Of a stretch of DNA of 60,889 nt, positions 9,271 through 18,706 are shown one piece after another. The translations under genes were made by a program, and so were the position numbers. The stretch's first letter is position 1. Each line of letters starts with the position of its first letter. A model generated the notes under the pieces. It worked only from the letters and a program-made list of their open reading frames with translations. It had not been told where the DNA came from and made no database searches. Source of the DNA: a virus (Duplodnaviria > Caudoviricetes); the IMG/VR virus record IMGVR_UViG_3300044641_005368, positions 1-60,889 of that record; one strand, given 5' to 3'.

Positions 9271-11010
9271 TTAGATTATGATTCCTCCGCTAGCGGTAAG
9301 CGTTAAGTCACCAATTTCTGGAATTTCAGGAGTGCCACATACTACGTCTGCCACAACTAAGATTGTTGCCGATCCAGTTGCTGAAGCAGAAGTTACGTTA
9401 GCAGCAACTTGAGAATAGCTAAATGTAGTTGTACTACCAACCGCTGTAACAACAAACGTGCCATTAAATGTGCTGTCTACGTTTTCTACAAGAACTGTTT
9501 GCCCTACTGTAAATCCATGGGCAACGCTTGTTGTTAACGTTGCTACGTTTGAAGTAAGGGCTTTGTTAGTTATTGTTTTTGTATTGACTTGGTCTTGACG
9601 AACTAACTTTGTAATGTTTGCATACGCAACTCCATTTACAGAGCTAATAGCTGTCATGATGTCTTGAATAGTAATACGATCAGCAAATGATACGTTGGCA
9701 AAATCAAGCAGTAAAAGAACGGTTTCTTCTACAGCAGACTGGACCAGTGATTGTTTGTACTGTGGTAGCACAGTAATGCTGATATTTAAATCAATTGGCA
9801 CATATGAAGGCGGTTGTAAAGTAACGGTTGTATTTGCTGGAACTCTGTCTACAAGGTAATCAAGAACTGATGTTTTAAGGTTATTAAATACCGTAGATGG
9901 AGTAACACCATCTGTTTGAACTCCTTTATCTCCAAAAGGAGCAAAATAAACAGTTACACTAGTGTATACGTCAGCCACGGATATAGATTTAGCTACTCCA
10001 CTTACCTGAATACACAGTTCAGCGTAGTCTCTCAGAGAAACCGCACGGTTTAAAGTACGAACGCTTTTTGGAGCATTAATGCGAATGTCGTCAGTAGACT
10101 CTGCATCTGCTCCGCCTTTTGCAGCTCCGTCCCCAGAAACACTAATATCTTGGTTAGATACGCTTAGACCAGAAACCGCATTAGTTAAAACAAATTTAAC
10201 TGTGTTTGAAGCAACGTTGCCCTCTATACCTCCGCCAACTCTATAGGTTGCATAAACTTTTGCTCCATTTGGAGGAATTCGACCGCTTACGTTGTCACCA
10301 AAGGTTATAAAGGTTGTCCCTGCCGCGTTTGTTGTTGCAGAAAAAACTGGATCAAAGCTATTGTAATCAATTAAGTACTGGACCTGTGTGTAGTTAACGC
10401 CATTGATAACCACTTCAATGCTGTTGTTAATTACAGGATTCTCTGCGAGTTGGAAGGTTTGGTTGACCGATCCGTCAGAAGTTCCAACACCGTTTCCACT
10501 AGGGTCGGTAGGGCCTTCGGTTGTAATGGTGACACCTTGTGTAGCTGTAACAGTAGCAGAACCGTTTGTAGAACCTACTTTTGCTGGGACAGTTACAGCG
10601 GCATTAGTTTCAAATACAATTTGAGAAGAGGTTGCACTAGAAATAGTAGTAGTGGCTACCTGAGTAAGAGCAGGCACAGTAATAGCCGCTCCAGTGCTGT
10701 TCTGGAATGTTAAAGTTACTGTTGAAGCTGTACGGCTTGTAGGCACGTAGCTTAAAAGGTTAGCAAGCTGTAGCACATTATCTCGCTGGCTAGCGGTTGT
10801 AATAAAGGCTTCGTTTGCTGAACGGTCAATGTAGTAGTTAAGAAGGTCGCCCATGTAAGCAAACAGCTCAACTAAGACCATGCCAAAATCTGAAGGGTCT
10901 CGGTTAGTCCATCCTGGCGCATAGTTAGGAATAAGCGCAAGCATGTCCTCGCGCAATGCGGCGTAGTCTCTAGACGTGTAGTCGACCTGTGGAATAAAGC
11001 TATTAGACAT
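9271..11010 (-). CDS. Baseplate J / gp6-like wedge protein
   Basis: DYTSRDY, WT..DPSDFG.VLVELFAY, FGDNVSGRIPP, GGADAES and RAVSLRDY motifs. Confidence 0.93.
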   Translation of the reverse strand: MSNSFIPQVDYTSRDYAALREDMLALIPNYAPGWTNRDPSDFGMVLVELFAYMGDLLNYYIDRSANEAFITTASQRDNVLQLANLLSYVPTSRTASTVTLTFQNSTGAAITVPALTQVATTTISSATSSQIVFETNAAVTVPAKVGSTNGSATVTATQGVTITTEGPTDPSGNGVGTSDGSVNQTFQLAENPVINNSIEVVINGVNYTQVQYLIDYNSFDPVFSATTNAAGTTFITFGDNVSGRIPPNGAKVYATYRVGGGIEGNVASNTVKFVLTNAVSGLSVSNQDISVSGDGAAKGGADAESTDDIRINAPKSVRTLNRAVSLRDYAELCIQVSGVAKSISVADVYTSVTVYFAPFGDKGVQTDGVTPSTVFNNLKTSVLDYLVDRVPANTTVTLQPPSYVPIDLNISITVLPQYKQSLVQSAVEETVLLLLDFANVSFADRITIQDIMTAISSVNGVAYANITKLVRQDQVNTKTITNKALTSNVATLTTSVAHGFTVGQTVLVENVDSTFNGTFVVTAVGSTTTFSYSQVAANVTSASATGSATILVVADVVCGTPEIPEIGDLTLTASGGIII

Positions 11011-11410
11011 TTGGTACCTCCAAGAGTATCTCTCCAGACCTATTAAGGATAGCGGTTTTTATCGTTACAGTGTCGTCAAGGGCTGCCCCATAGTTATAGG
11101 TGACCTCAATATTAAGGGTTGACTCCGCTTCATCAAACACAGCTTTTACATCTGTCAAGGACAATTGAGACAGCCATCTAGAAAAAGCAATAGTTGTAGC
11201 TTGCTTGATTACAACAGTAGCATTTTCTATGTTTTCAAATGTAGCTAGTTTAACGTCGCTACCGTATGTAGGCTGCATTACCCGCTCTCCAAGGCTGGTC
11301 ATAACAGCTATGACAATACGGTCTTGCCATATCTTTTTAATGTCGGTAGTAAACGAGATGCCCCCGCTCTCATTAAAACCAAAAGGAAGTGATATAGCTT
11401 TCTCTGTCAT
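11003..11410 (-). CDS. Baseplate gp25/GPW-like protein
   Basis: ISLPF...MTSLGERVMQPTYGS motif; start set at the ATGA overlap (11410). Confidence 0.9.
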   Translation of the reverse strand: MTEKAISLPFGFNESGGISFTTDIKKIWQDRIVIAVMTSLGERVMQPTYGSDVKLATFENIENATVVIKQATTIAFSRWLSQLSLTDVKAVFDEAESTLNIEVTYNYGAALDDTVTIKTAILNRSGEILLEVPNV

Positions 11411-12099
11411 GCTTGTGCTCCCATCCATACCGGAAAGTTAGGGTCTCCGCCAATGTACATAACCCAAACCCTTTGACCTGGTTGAGGTTTGTATTTTCCT
11501 ATAAGGTTTAAAGTAGCAATGATACCCGGTGTAGCAGGCCCAACCCCTGCTGCATCAGAGCTTATAAAGGTATTTGTACTATTAGCTGAAGAGACAAACT
11601 GTATATAATCTCCAGCATCTAGGTCTAATATAAGGCCCACAGTCATTGTTATTTCTGCGTTATTCCCAGCCAATGTAATCTTAGTGTTGCTGTCAGTAAT
11701 GTCTACGCCATTTTTTCTAAACCAGATGTTTGCGGTTCCAGAACTGGAGTTAGTCTTAATGAGCATAGCCGAGAACTGAACAAAGTAATCTCCAGTCTCT
11801 TCTACATATATACGGCTTCCGTCTAAATAGGTTTTATTAGCGTCGCCCTCAACCCAACTGGTATTGATTACAGTGGCTGTGTTAACTCCAATTGCTTGGT
11901 CGGCAGTTGTGTAAAAAGTTCCGTACGGGTAATTAGTTTGAGCAATTGGACCGCCTGCGCCGTTAGCTGCCCACCCAGTCCATTCAACTTCACCTGTAAC
12001 CTGTGGCACTGTTAAGCGTACACGCCCATTTTCTTCAGGGTCGTTAGCGTCTTGAACAAACCCTTCATAAAGTCCATAATATCTTTTGTCATAGGACAT
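11407..12099 (-). CDS. gp5/VgrG-type OB-fold spike protein with an inserted C1q/BclA-C-like domain
   Basis: YYGLYEGFVQDANDPEENGRVRLTVP and PQPGQRVWVMYIGGDPNFPVWMG are the two halves of the OB fold. Confidence 0.85.
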   Translation of the reverse strand: MSYDKRYYGLYEGFVQDANDPEENGRVRLTVPQVTGEVEWTGWAANGAGGPIAQTNYPYGTFYTTADQAIGVNTATVINTSWVEGDANKTYLDGSRIYVEETGDYFVQFSAMLIKTNSSSGTANIWFRKNGVDITDSNTKITLAGNNAEITMTVGLILDLDAGDYIQFVSSANSTNTFISSDAAGVGPATPGIIATLNLIGKYKPQPGQRVWVMYIGGDPNFPVWMGAQA

Positions 12100-13442
12100 T
12101 AGAGGACACCCTTCCTTTGCAGTCTAGATACAACATAGGCCGGTTTACGAACCTCTGGCACTATTGGCTCTAAAGATGTAGTTGTGCTTCTCCAGACCGG
12201 GGGGTTAACTTTAACAGATCCTGCAGCAGGCTTGGTACGGTTATTTAAAGTTCCAAAGCTTCCTTTTAACTGAGGCGACGGGGTTATAGAACGCTTTAGA
12301 AGTTGAGTAGTCGGCTTTACTTTTGTTTGCCTTACATTTGGAATAATAGTTCTCGTAGGGGTTGTACGAGGAGAAGTTACGTTTTTATTGTCCGTCCAAC
12401 TTGTTGCTGCCCCCAGAGAATCGGTTCCAATTTCTAAAAATGTCGTATAGGTGTACACGTTTCTTTGGGTTTCTACAATGCAATGTTCAGTATTTAAAAT
12501 TGTCCAGTACCCGGAGTAGGTTGCTCCAAGGCCTGTAAGGTACACAGGTAAGTCTGGTCTTAACTTTACATCACCGATAACTTCAACTCTTGCTCTGTAT
12601 GGAAAAGTGGAGTTAATATTGTCTGCAGCAGTAGCTTCGTACTGAGCAATTTGAGAGTCGGTAGCTACTACAGATGTTTCGTATCTATCAAAGAATTCAG
12701 GCTGGAACTTAAGCTTAGTTTTTTTCAATCTCTTTTGATTCGTAGTTTTAACAGCGGTTTTGTTAAATCTATCTACGCCAGTAATGGCTACAGCTGCTTT
12801 TTGTGCGTCTCCGTAAGGAACAGACTCACCAATCAAAGGCGTAAAGGAGTACATAGAGGTGCCGTCAATGCTTCCTACATCCCCCATAGTTAAGATAGGC
12901 GCTTCCCCACGATACTTAGAGTAGTCCTCTAGTAAGGGTTGAAAGTAAAGCTCTGTGTTTTCTGCTCGTAAGGAGTAACCAGATTGCTTTGCTAAGCGAA
13001 TCATGAACTCCCAGTCAGTGTGGCCAGCTTGAGCTATCTGCTCATATACACGAGGGTGGGGCACGGCATAGCAAACAAAGCCGTGGGACTTAGCAATTTT
13101 TTTAACAACTACATCAGCTGTAACATCTCTATAAATTGTTTGAGAAGGCTTCTTCATGCTATAGGAAGCTCCAATTACAGTGACCTCCACGTAGTCTTTT
13201 CCTGGAGTTCTATTAGGAGTTACGTGGTGGATGTAGCCAAAAAACTCTCTACTACCGCCTGTGCTTTTAGTGGTTATCTGTACAGGAGATCCAGGCTCAA
13301 TGCTTTCATAAAGAACGCCCCAATCTTTAAACGTTAGTACCGCCATTTCATGCTTATAGCGTTCTTGGTATATGTACGCGCTGTAAACCGTTACTGGTTG
13401 TAAATCGGTTTGAGGAAAAGAAACAGAGATATAATCAAACAC
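12099..13442 (-). CDS. Baseplate hub (gp27/gpD-like)
   Basis: QAGHTDWEFMIRLAKQSGY, GDVKLRP and GLGATYSGYW motifs. Confidence 0.88.
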   Translation of the reverse strand: MFDYISVSFPQTDLQPVTVYSAYIYQERYKHEMAVLTFKDWGVLYESIEPGSPVQITTKSTGGSREFFGYIHHVTPNRTPGKDYVEVTVIGASYSMKKPSQTIYRDVTADVVVKKIAKSHGFVCYAVPHPRVYEQIAQAGHTDWEFMIRLAKQSGYSLRAENTELYFQPLLEDYSKYRGEAPILTMGDVGSIDGTSMYSFTPLIGESVPYGDAQKAAVAITGVDRFNKTAVKTTNQKRLKKTKLKFQPEFFDRYETSVVATDSQIAQYEATAADNINSTFPYRARVEVIGDVKLRPDLPVYLTGLGATYSGYWTILNTEHCIVETQRNVYTYTTFLEIGTDSLGAATSWTDNKNVTSPRTTPTRTIIPNVRQTKVKPTTQLLKRSITPSPQLKGSFGTLNNRTKPAAGSVKVNPPVWRSTTTSLEPIVPEVRKPAYVVSRLQRKGVL

Positions 13443-13713
13443 TTGGTATCCGTAAAATAGTCCCTGCCGGGATGTTAGTAATATCTGTAATCTCTGGGTT
13501 GTACTCCATAATTATCCACCAAAACCCTGGACGTTTGTAGTACTGATTTGATATTTGGTCTAAACGCTCGCCTTCAATGTAGACATGTTCTGTCCATGAA
13601 GTTAACCCTAGATTAGAAAACTTATAAAAAACCACAGGGTCAGAGTCACCGTTTTCGGTTACAGAAAAAAAGTCTACGACTGAGTACTCATAACGAGAAT
13701 TTTGAAAAATCAT
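13435..13713 (-). CDS. LysM/gpX-like baseplate protein
   Basis: EGERLDQISNQYY...WWIIMEYNP...IPAGTILRIP. Confidence 0.88.
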   Translation of the reverse strand: MIFQNSRYEYSVVDFFSVTENGDSDPVVFYKFSNLGLTSWTEHVYIEGERLDQISNQYYKRPGFWWIIMEYNPEITDITNIPAGTILRIPSV

Positions 13714-13721
13714 TTTATCTC

Positions 13722-14882
13722 CTAACCATTTACAATTCCAGTACCGGTCATTGCGGTAAAGTTAATAGTTACCATAGTTCTAATTGGAATCATGGATTCA
13801 GTAAACGCTATGTGATTAACATTTAAAGAGCTAATCCAACCAACATATGAAAGGCTTTCTGCTGACGGCCCTAGTTGCATAGCAACTAAGATTGGTTGAA
13901 TAAATCCAATATCAGCCGTTTTTCTACCAAGTAAGTTTGCCCAATCTTTACCCTTTTCAGCTCCAGAACCGTTTACTGTTTTAAAAAGGTATTCTAGGTC
14001 TGCCAAAGTTCCTTTTTGCATTAGCTCAGAGATCCTTGTAGAAATTGGTTCGTTTTCGTTTCCTCCAACTGTTGGATAGCCTGATTTGTAGTATTTTGCA
14101 TAGGCTTCGGTTGTAGGGACAGAATACACTTTTCCGGCAGGAGTGTCGCTTACCGCAAACGCATTGTCGCCTTTAAAGCAGGCAAAATCGTTAGTTCTAT
14201 CAAGAACTACGCTAATTGTCACGTTTGTACTGCCAAGAAAAACACCAGAAACTGATCTAAATCTATCTGCTGCTGTTGGAAGAACGTCCATATTAACTGA
14301 TACAGAGCTGCTAATAGCCTCTGGGTTCCATAAAAACTGGAAACCATAATTTCTATCACCTGAAAGTTTTTTCCCTTGAAGTTTTTTAGTAGTTGATTGG
14401 TACGACGATACGTCAGAAGCTCCTGGAGATGAGGTTAGGCCTTGAAGAAACGTGGCTTGGACTGCCGCACCTTGATTTGTTTTAGACAGGTCGTACTCAC
14501 CAAGGTAAAACCAAAGACGCCCGCGGCGTAGCCCATGAAAAGAGTCATATGTAGTATTTTTAACAAATGTTTGCTCTCTGTTTCCAATATTAATTGGTCG
14601 TACCGGTAGGCTCCAAGAGTGTGGAGGGAGATTAAACTTGTATTTAGCAGGAATAGTTACTCCAGGAAACCCTTGTGTAGGAGCAGAACTTGGCTTAATG
14701 ATGTCAGCAGGTGCTACAACGTTAGTTCCATAGATTTGCGTGTTCTGTAAAGACTGCGGTGATGTAGAAAATTGAGTGCCGCCTAAAGCAACGGTAGACT
14801 TTCCAAGCTTTGCTAGTCGTACAGCCCCGTCGTCTGTAGATGCGGAAAGATTAACCGCCCCTTTTCCACTATTCAGTGTCAT
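13722..14882 (-). CDS. Tail tube initiator (gp48/54-like)
   Basis: FQFLWNPEAIS and GWISSLNVNHIAFTESMIPIR motifs; lies between tape measure and LysM genes. Confidence 0.7.
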   Translation of the reverse strand: MTLNSGKGAVNLSASTDDGAVRLAKLGKSTVALGGTQFSTSPQSLQNTQIYGTNVVAPADIIKPSSAPTQGFPGVTIPAKYKFNLPPHSWSLPVRPINIGNREQTFVKNTTYDSFHGLRRGRLWFYLGEYDLSKTNQGAAVQATFLQGLTSSPGASDVSSYQSTTKKLQGKKLSGDRNYGFQFLWNPEAISSSVSVNMDVLPTAADRFRSVSGVFLGSTNVTISVVLDRTNDFACFKGDNAFAVSDTPAGKVYSVPTTEAYAKYYKSGYPTVGGNENEPISTRISELMQKGTLADLEYLFKTVNGSGAEKGKDWANLLGRKTADIGFIQPILVAMQLGPSAESLSYVGWISSLNVNHIAFTESMIPIRTMVTINFTAMTGTGIVNG

Positions 14883-17083
14883 TATCTACCTCCTATAAAC
14901 GAGCGAAGATCTCCGCTTGAAAGAACACTCTTAACCTCTGCGGCAACTGCCTTAGCATCCTTAGCGCCGCTTATGGTAATGGTCACACCGCCATAGTTAT
15001 TGGTAGTACCAGCTCCGCCCATTTGACCGCTTGACCCTTGAATCGTAGAGAGCGTGTCTGGAGCAAACTTTCCTAAGAAGTCTCTTAATGACCCCATCGC
15101 GGAAGAGAAGAAGTTACCTTCTTTCTCAGAAGCTCTAGGTGTAGGACGTCCTGAAGGCTTTTCACCTGTAAGGTAGTGATTAGTACTCCAAGTAGAAAAG
15201 TCAGCGCCGCCCTTTGACATATGATAGGCAACACGAGCATTCGTTAGTGGGTCGTAAAGATCTTCCATCTTTCCTAACTTAAACTTGCCTCGGTCTTTCC
15301 AAGGGCCAGTTCCAGCCATTGTCCAAACTTTTTCCATGCGTTCCTTATAAAGGTCACCAAGCATGTTGATTTGGAAAAGGCCTAAGGAGTAGTCCCCAGT
15401 GCTCTTATTAGGGTTAAGCGCATTTGGGTTATACCCAGACTCACGCTCAAGAATAGTAAGGGCGTTTTGTAAACCTTCCCCTTTAAAACCTGCTTTTTTA
15501 AGAATGCTAGTTACATCACCCATTTTCATAGGGTCTGCACCCCATGCATGTGAATGTTTTACTCCGCCGCCTTCATGGCGCCCATCGGTATTTAAAAGAT
15601 GGTTAGGGATAATAACGCCATCAGTTTTAGGCAAGAAAAGCTCTGGGCCTTTTTCACCAACAACATACGGCTTAGACCCACCTACAGCACCGCCTTCAGC
15701 CTTAGCTCCAATACCAAGTTTTGATAAAAGCATGCCCATCAGAGTTGCCGGGGTTCCGTCTGCCATTCCGCCAAAGCCTCCAACAAGACCTTTAAGGAAT
15801 GACCCTGCGCTTAAAACTCCAGTTAATCGGTCCATAGCATTTGCTGCTGCTTGCATAGCTTCGGCAGCATTGTTGGCAGTGGTAAATGCGCCAGCACCAG
15901 CCCTAGAAGTTTGCTGTAAGCCTTCCATTGCTTTTGTTTGACGATCGCTAAAGCTAAGAACGGCTTCGGTTGTAAATCCGGCTTTTAATAGCTCGCTCTT
16001 TTTGTAAGATGTAGACACGCCAGACGCTCTAGCATAAAGAGCGGATTTAACTTGAGACATTAAGTATTCATCAGTACCAAAATAGTTCTTAAGCAGTTGG
16101 TCTAGAGAGTTACCTGGTTGGAATCCCATGTCCAAGTCAGCTCTAGTAATTGGGTCAGAGCCAAGTTTTTCTCTATTTAACTTGTCCCATACATCGTTTG
16201 CGATGTCTTTAAAGCTCTTCATAGATCCAGTTAGAGGGTCTCTAACTTGAATACCAATGCTTCGTAGCATATTAACGCTTCGACCTTGTTGCAACGCAGC
16301 GTACGCTCCCATGCTGTTTTGCACTCCAGCACCAGGAGTTAGGCTAGACATAGTTCCTACACCAGCTAATATATTTTGATAGCCTGGTAGACCCATTCCA
16401 ATGCCCATTTGCTGCCCAGCTGCTGCTGCAAGACTTGGGTCCATTTGATCTGTAATAGTACTTCGTTGAGCAAACTGACGAATAATTCCGCTTACACGAT
16501 TGTAGGCCTCTTCTCGTGTGTTATTAAATGGTGGCGGTAAAAATCCAGGTAGGAAGCTAGCGGATCGTGGTTGGCTATTTAAATCCTGCATACCAAACGC
16601 CATAGCGCGGTTGGTTAACAGGTTCATACCAACTTGTTTATTTGTTTCAGGAAGCGCTTGACTCATCAAGCTATACCCGGTTACAACCTGTGCAACAAAT
16701 TTCTTTTGCCCTGGTGAGAGCATGTCAGACATTGCAGGGGTGTTGCCACTACCGCCTCCACCTCCGCCCTGTGCTGGAGCAGGTTGTGGAAAAATAGTGC
16801 TTGGTAAAGGCTGTCCATTTGGACCAAGCAACCCGCTATACCGTGGAGGAGGCTGTGGCATTACAGTGTTAGCAGAGGCTTGAATACCGCCGTCACTTGA
16901 GAAAGCTTGATTAGCAGCAGACCCTAAACGAGAGATGCTGCTGCTTAAAATACTTGCAAAGGTGGAGGCTCTAGTAATGCCAAGAGTCATCTTGTCATTG
17001 ACACGGTCAACCGTCTCAGATAGGTCGGCAAGTAAAGACGAGAACTTTGACCCGCCTAAATTCATGCCAGATTTGCTATCCAC
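14882..17083 (-). CDS. Tape measure protein with C-terminal lytic transglycosylase domain
   Basis: Helical N-terminus, AEGG..VVGEKGPELF motif, then RESGYNPNA...GLFQIN...DPLTNA lysozyme-like motifs. Confidence 0.88.
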   Translation of the reverse strand: MDSKSGMNLGGSKFSSLLADLSETVDRVNDKMTLGITRASTFASILSSSISRLGSAANQAFSSDGGIQASANTVMPQPPPRYSGLLGPNGQPLPSTIFPQPAPAQGGGGGGSGNTPAMSDMLSPGQKKFVAQVVTGYSLMSQALPETNKQVGMNLLTNRAMAFGMQDLNSQPRSASFLPGFLPPPFNNTREEAYNRVSGIIRQFAQRSTITDQMDPSLAAAAGQQMGIGMGLPGYQNILAGVGTMSSLTPGAGVQNSMGAYAALQQGRSVNMLRSIGIQVRDPLTGSMKSFKDIANDVWDKLNREKLGSDPITRADLDMGFQPGNSLDQLLKNYFGTDEYLMSQVKSALYARASGVSTSYKKSELLKAGFTTEAVLSFSDRQTKAMEGLQQTSRAGAGAFTTANNAAEAMQAAANAMDRLTGVLSAGSFLKGLVGGFGGMADGTPATLMGMLLSKLGIGAKAEGGAVGGSKPYVVGEKGPELFLPKTDGVIIPNHLLNTDGRHEGGGVKHSHAWGADPMKMGDVTSILKKAGFKGEGLQNALTILERESGYNPNALNPNKSTGDYSLGLFQINMLGDLYKERMEKVWTMAGTGPWKDRGKFKLGKMEDLYDPLTNARVAYHMSKGGADFSTWSTNHYLTGEKPSGRPTPRASEKEGNFFSSAMGSLRDFLGKFAPDTLSTIQGSSGQMGGAGTTNNYGGVTITISGAKDAKAVAAEVKSVLSSGDLRSFIGGR

Positions 17084-17244
17084 TATCTGGTTCCTCCTTT
17101 ATACCTTTGTGTTCGTTCTATCCAGTTCATTCGTTCTCTGTAAGAAAGAGCGCGAATGTCAGATAAAGTCCATCCATTAAATGTTCTAGTCAACACTTCG
17201 TACTGATCTAGAAGCGCTTCGTAGTCCGTCTCTCTATAGACGAA
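17083..17244 (-). CDS. Tail assembly chaperone GT-type extension, probably reached by +1 frameshift
   Basis: Hand translation FVYRETDYEALLDQYEVLTRTFNGWTLSDIRALSYRERMNWIERTQRYKGGTR*. It lies in the +1 frame of the chaperone, has no upstream ATG, and its stop overlaps the tape-measure start (TAGTG). Confidence 0.75.
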   Translation of the reverse strand, partial: FVYRETDYEALLDQYEVLTRTFNGWTLSDIRALSYRERMNWIERTQRYKGGTR

Positions 17245-18034
17245 ACAAATCGACCAGGCTAAGTGGCAGACTCATATCTTCACCACATGCCTTACAGGCC
17301 TTCTTCACCTCCCCAAGGCGTGGACCTGGGTTCTTCTCAAGAATCTGATCGATAATCTTTGCTCGGTCTGCCATGCTTAACGACAAGGCAGTAGAAGCGC
17401 CTACAGATGGTGCGCCGTTTATTGTTACGATACATCCAGATAGTAATAAGGTATTAATTTCTGCAGAAGTCTTATCCATGTTTTCCATAAGCTTCTTTTG
17501 AACAATACCGTTTGGCAACATAACCGTCACTACTCCGCGAGTAGTTTCGACTTCCCATGCTCGATCTGCTATCGGGTCCTCAAGTTTTTTCTCAGGGACA
17601 TCAGAGATCAAATCAATATTTGCAGTTCCTTCTTGTCTACAAGATTGGCACTGCACCGGTACATCGATTGTGTTACCAAAAGTTACACGGCGAACTCCGA
17701 TAAGGACTGCGTCGCGGTCTCCTGACAATAAGGTGTCTAAGTCATCTTTAGAAACTTGCTCAGAACCAAGCGCAATAAGGCCGCGTTGTAGAAGTACGTT
17801 TAACGACTTACCAACTGTTCCTGCTTTTGCAATTGCCTCTTCGTCAGCTCCAGTAAGCTCTCTAACCTCAGCTGTAGTGACTAACTCTCCAGCACTGTTA
17901 ATGAACCCACCAGGTAGTTTTACTTCAGACTCTGAAGGGGCCCGGGTCTTAATCTCGACCGCGGGCTCCTCCATAGCCTTCTTTGCAAACTGTTCAATTA
18001 GTTTTGCGTCTGTTATTACTTGTGGTTGTGACAA
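17234..18034 (-). CDS. Tail assembly chaperone (gp26/G-like, two CxxC motifs)
   Basis: VRELTGADEE, LLSGDRDAVL, CQSC and CKAC; lies between the tube and tape measure genes. Confidence 0.85.
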   Translation of the reverse strand: MSQPQVITDAKLIEQFAKKAMEEPAVEIKTRAPSESEVKLPGGFINSAGELVTTAEVRELTGADEEAIAKAGTVGKSLNVLLQRGLIALGSEQVSKDDLDTLLSGDRDAVLIGVRRVTFGNTIDVPVQCQSCRQEGTANIDLISDVPEKKLEDPIADRAWEVETTRGVVTVMLPNGIVQKKLMENMDKTSAEINTLLLSGCIVTINGAPSVGASTALSLSMADRAKIIDQILEKNPGPRLGEVKKACKACGEDMSLPLSLVDLFRL

Positions 18035-18059
18035 TTTTTACTCCTAGATAGATTTGGGG

Positions 18060-18692
18060 TTAAGCGATTGGCTTGAAGTTTGAATCAACAAATGATACAG
18101 AAAGTCCTTCGTGTACAAGTGTCATTGACTCAAACAAGATTCCGCCGTCTCCAGCGTTCAACTCGTTGTAGTTCAAACCGGTGATCCATGCGTTGTGTAC
18201 GCGGAAGCGCATACGTGGCAAGTTGTCATCTGCTGGTGTTCCAGGTGTAGCGGACGCATTTGGGTGGTCCATTACATAGATGTCAATATTGACACGGAAG
18301 TTCTTAGCGGTTCCTGTGTTCAAGCCTTCGCCAGATGCAGCCGAGAAAAGGCCCTTCATCCAGGTGATTGCTTGGTCGTTGCCGTAAAGAACGCCGCGCT
18401 GGAAAGTGACTGGAACAAAAGTTGTCATGCCAGGGATCTGGTGGACAGTTGTGTTATAGCCGCCTTCACGGTATGGGATGGACTGAGTGTTGATATTCAG
18501 CCCGCTGATGAAAGTAAAGCCGCCTACCCAGCCTTCTGATTTACCAGAAGTAGGTGCAACACTTGTGCTTGATGTAAGGATTCGCTTGTCGAATGCCTCG
18601 TCACCAGCTTTGGTGAACTCTGCGTAGAACCGAAAGTTACGTAACGGATCTGTCGCAATTGTGGAGAAGCGGTTAATGATGCTACTTGGCAT
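18060..18692 (-). CDS. Tail tube protein (T4 gp19-like)
   Basis: DPLRNFRF, YREGG, PG.T.F.PVTFQRG, NAW and ESMTLVHEG motifs. Confidence 0.95.
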   Translation of the reverse strand: MPSSIINRFSTIATDPLRNFRFYAEFTKAGDEAFDKRILTSSTSVAPTSGKSEGWVGGFTFISGLNINTQSIPYREGGYNTTVHQIPGMTTFVPVTFQRGVLYGNDQAITWMKGLFSAASGEGLNTGTAKNFRVNIDIYVMDHPNASATPGTPADDNLPRMRFRVHNAWITGLNYNELNAGDGGILFESMTLVHEGLSVSFVDSNFKPIA

Positions 18693-18706
18693 TTGTTATT
18701 GTCTCC

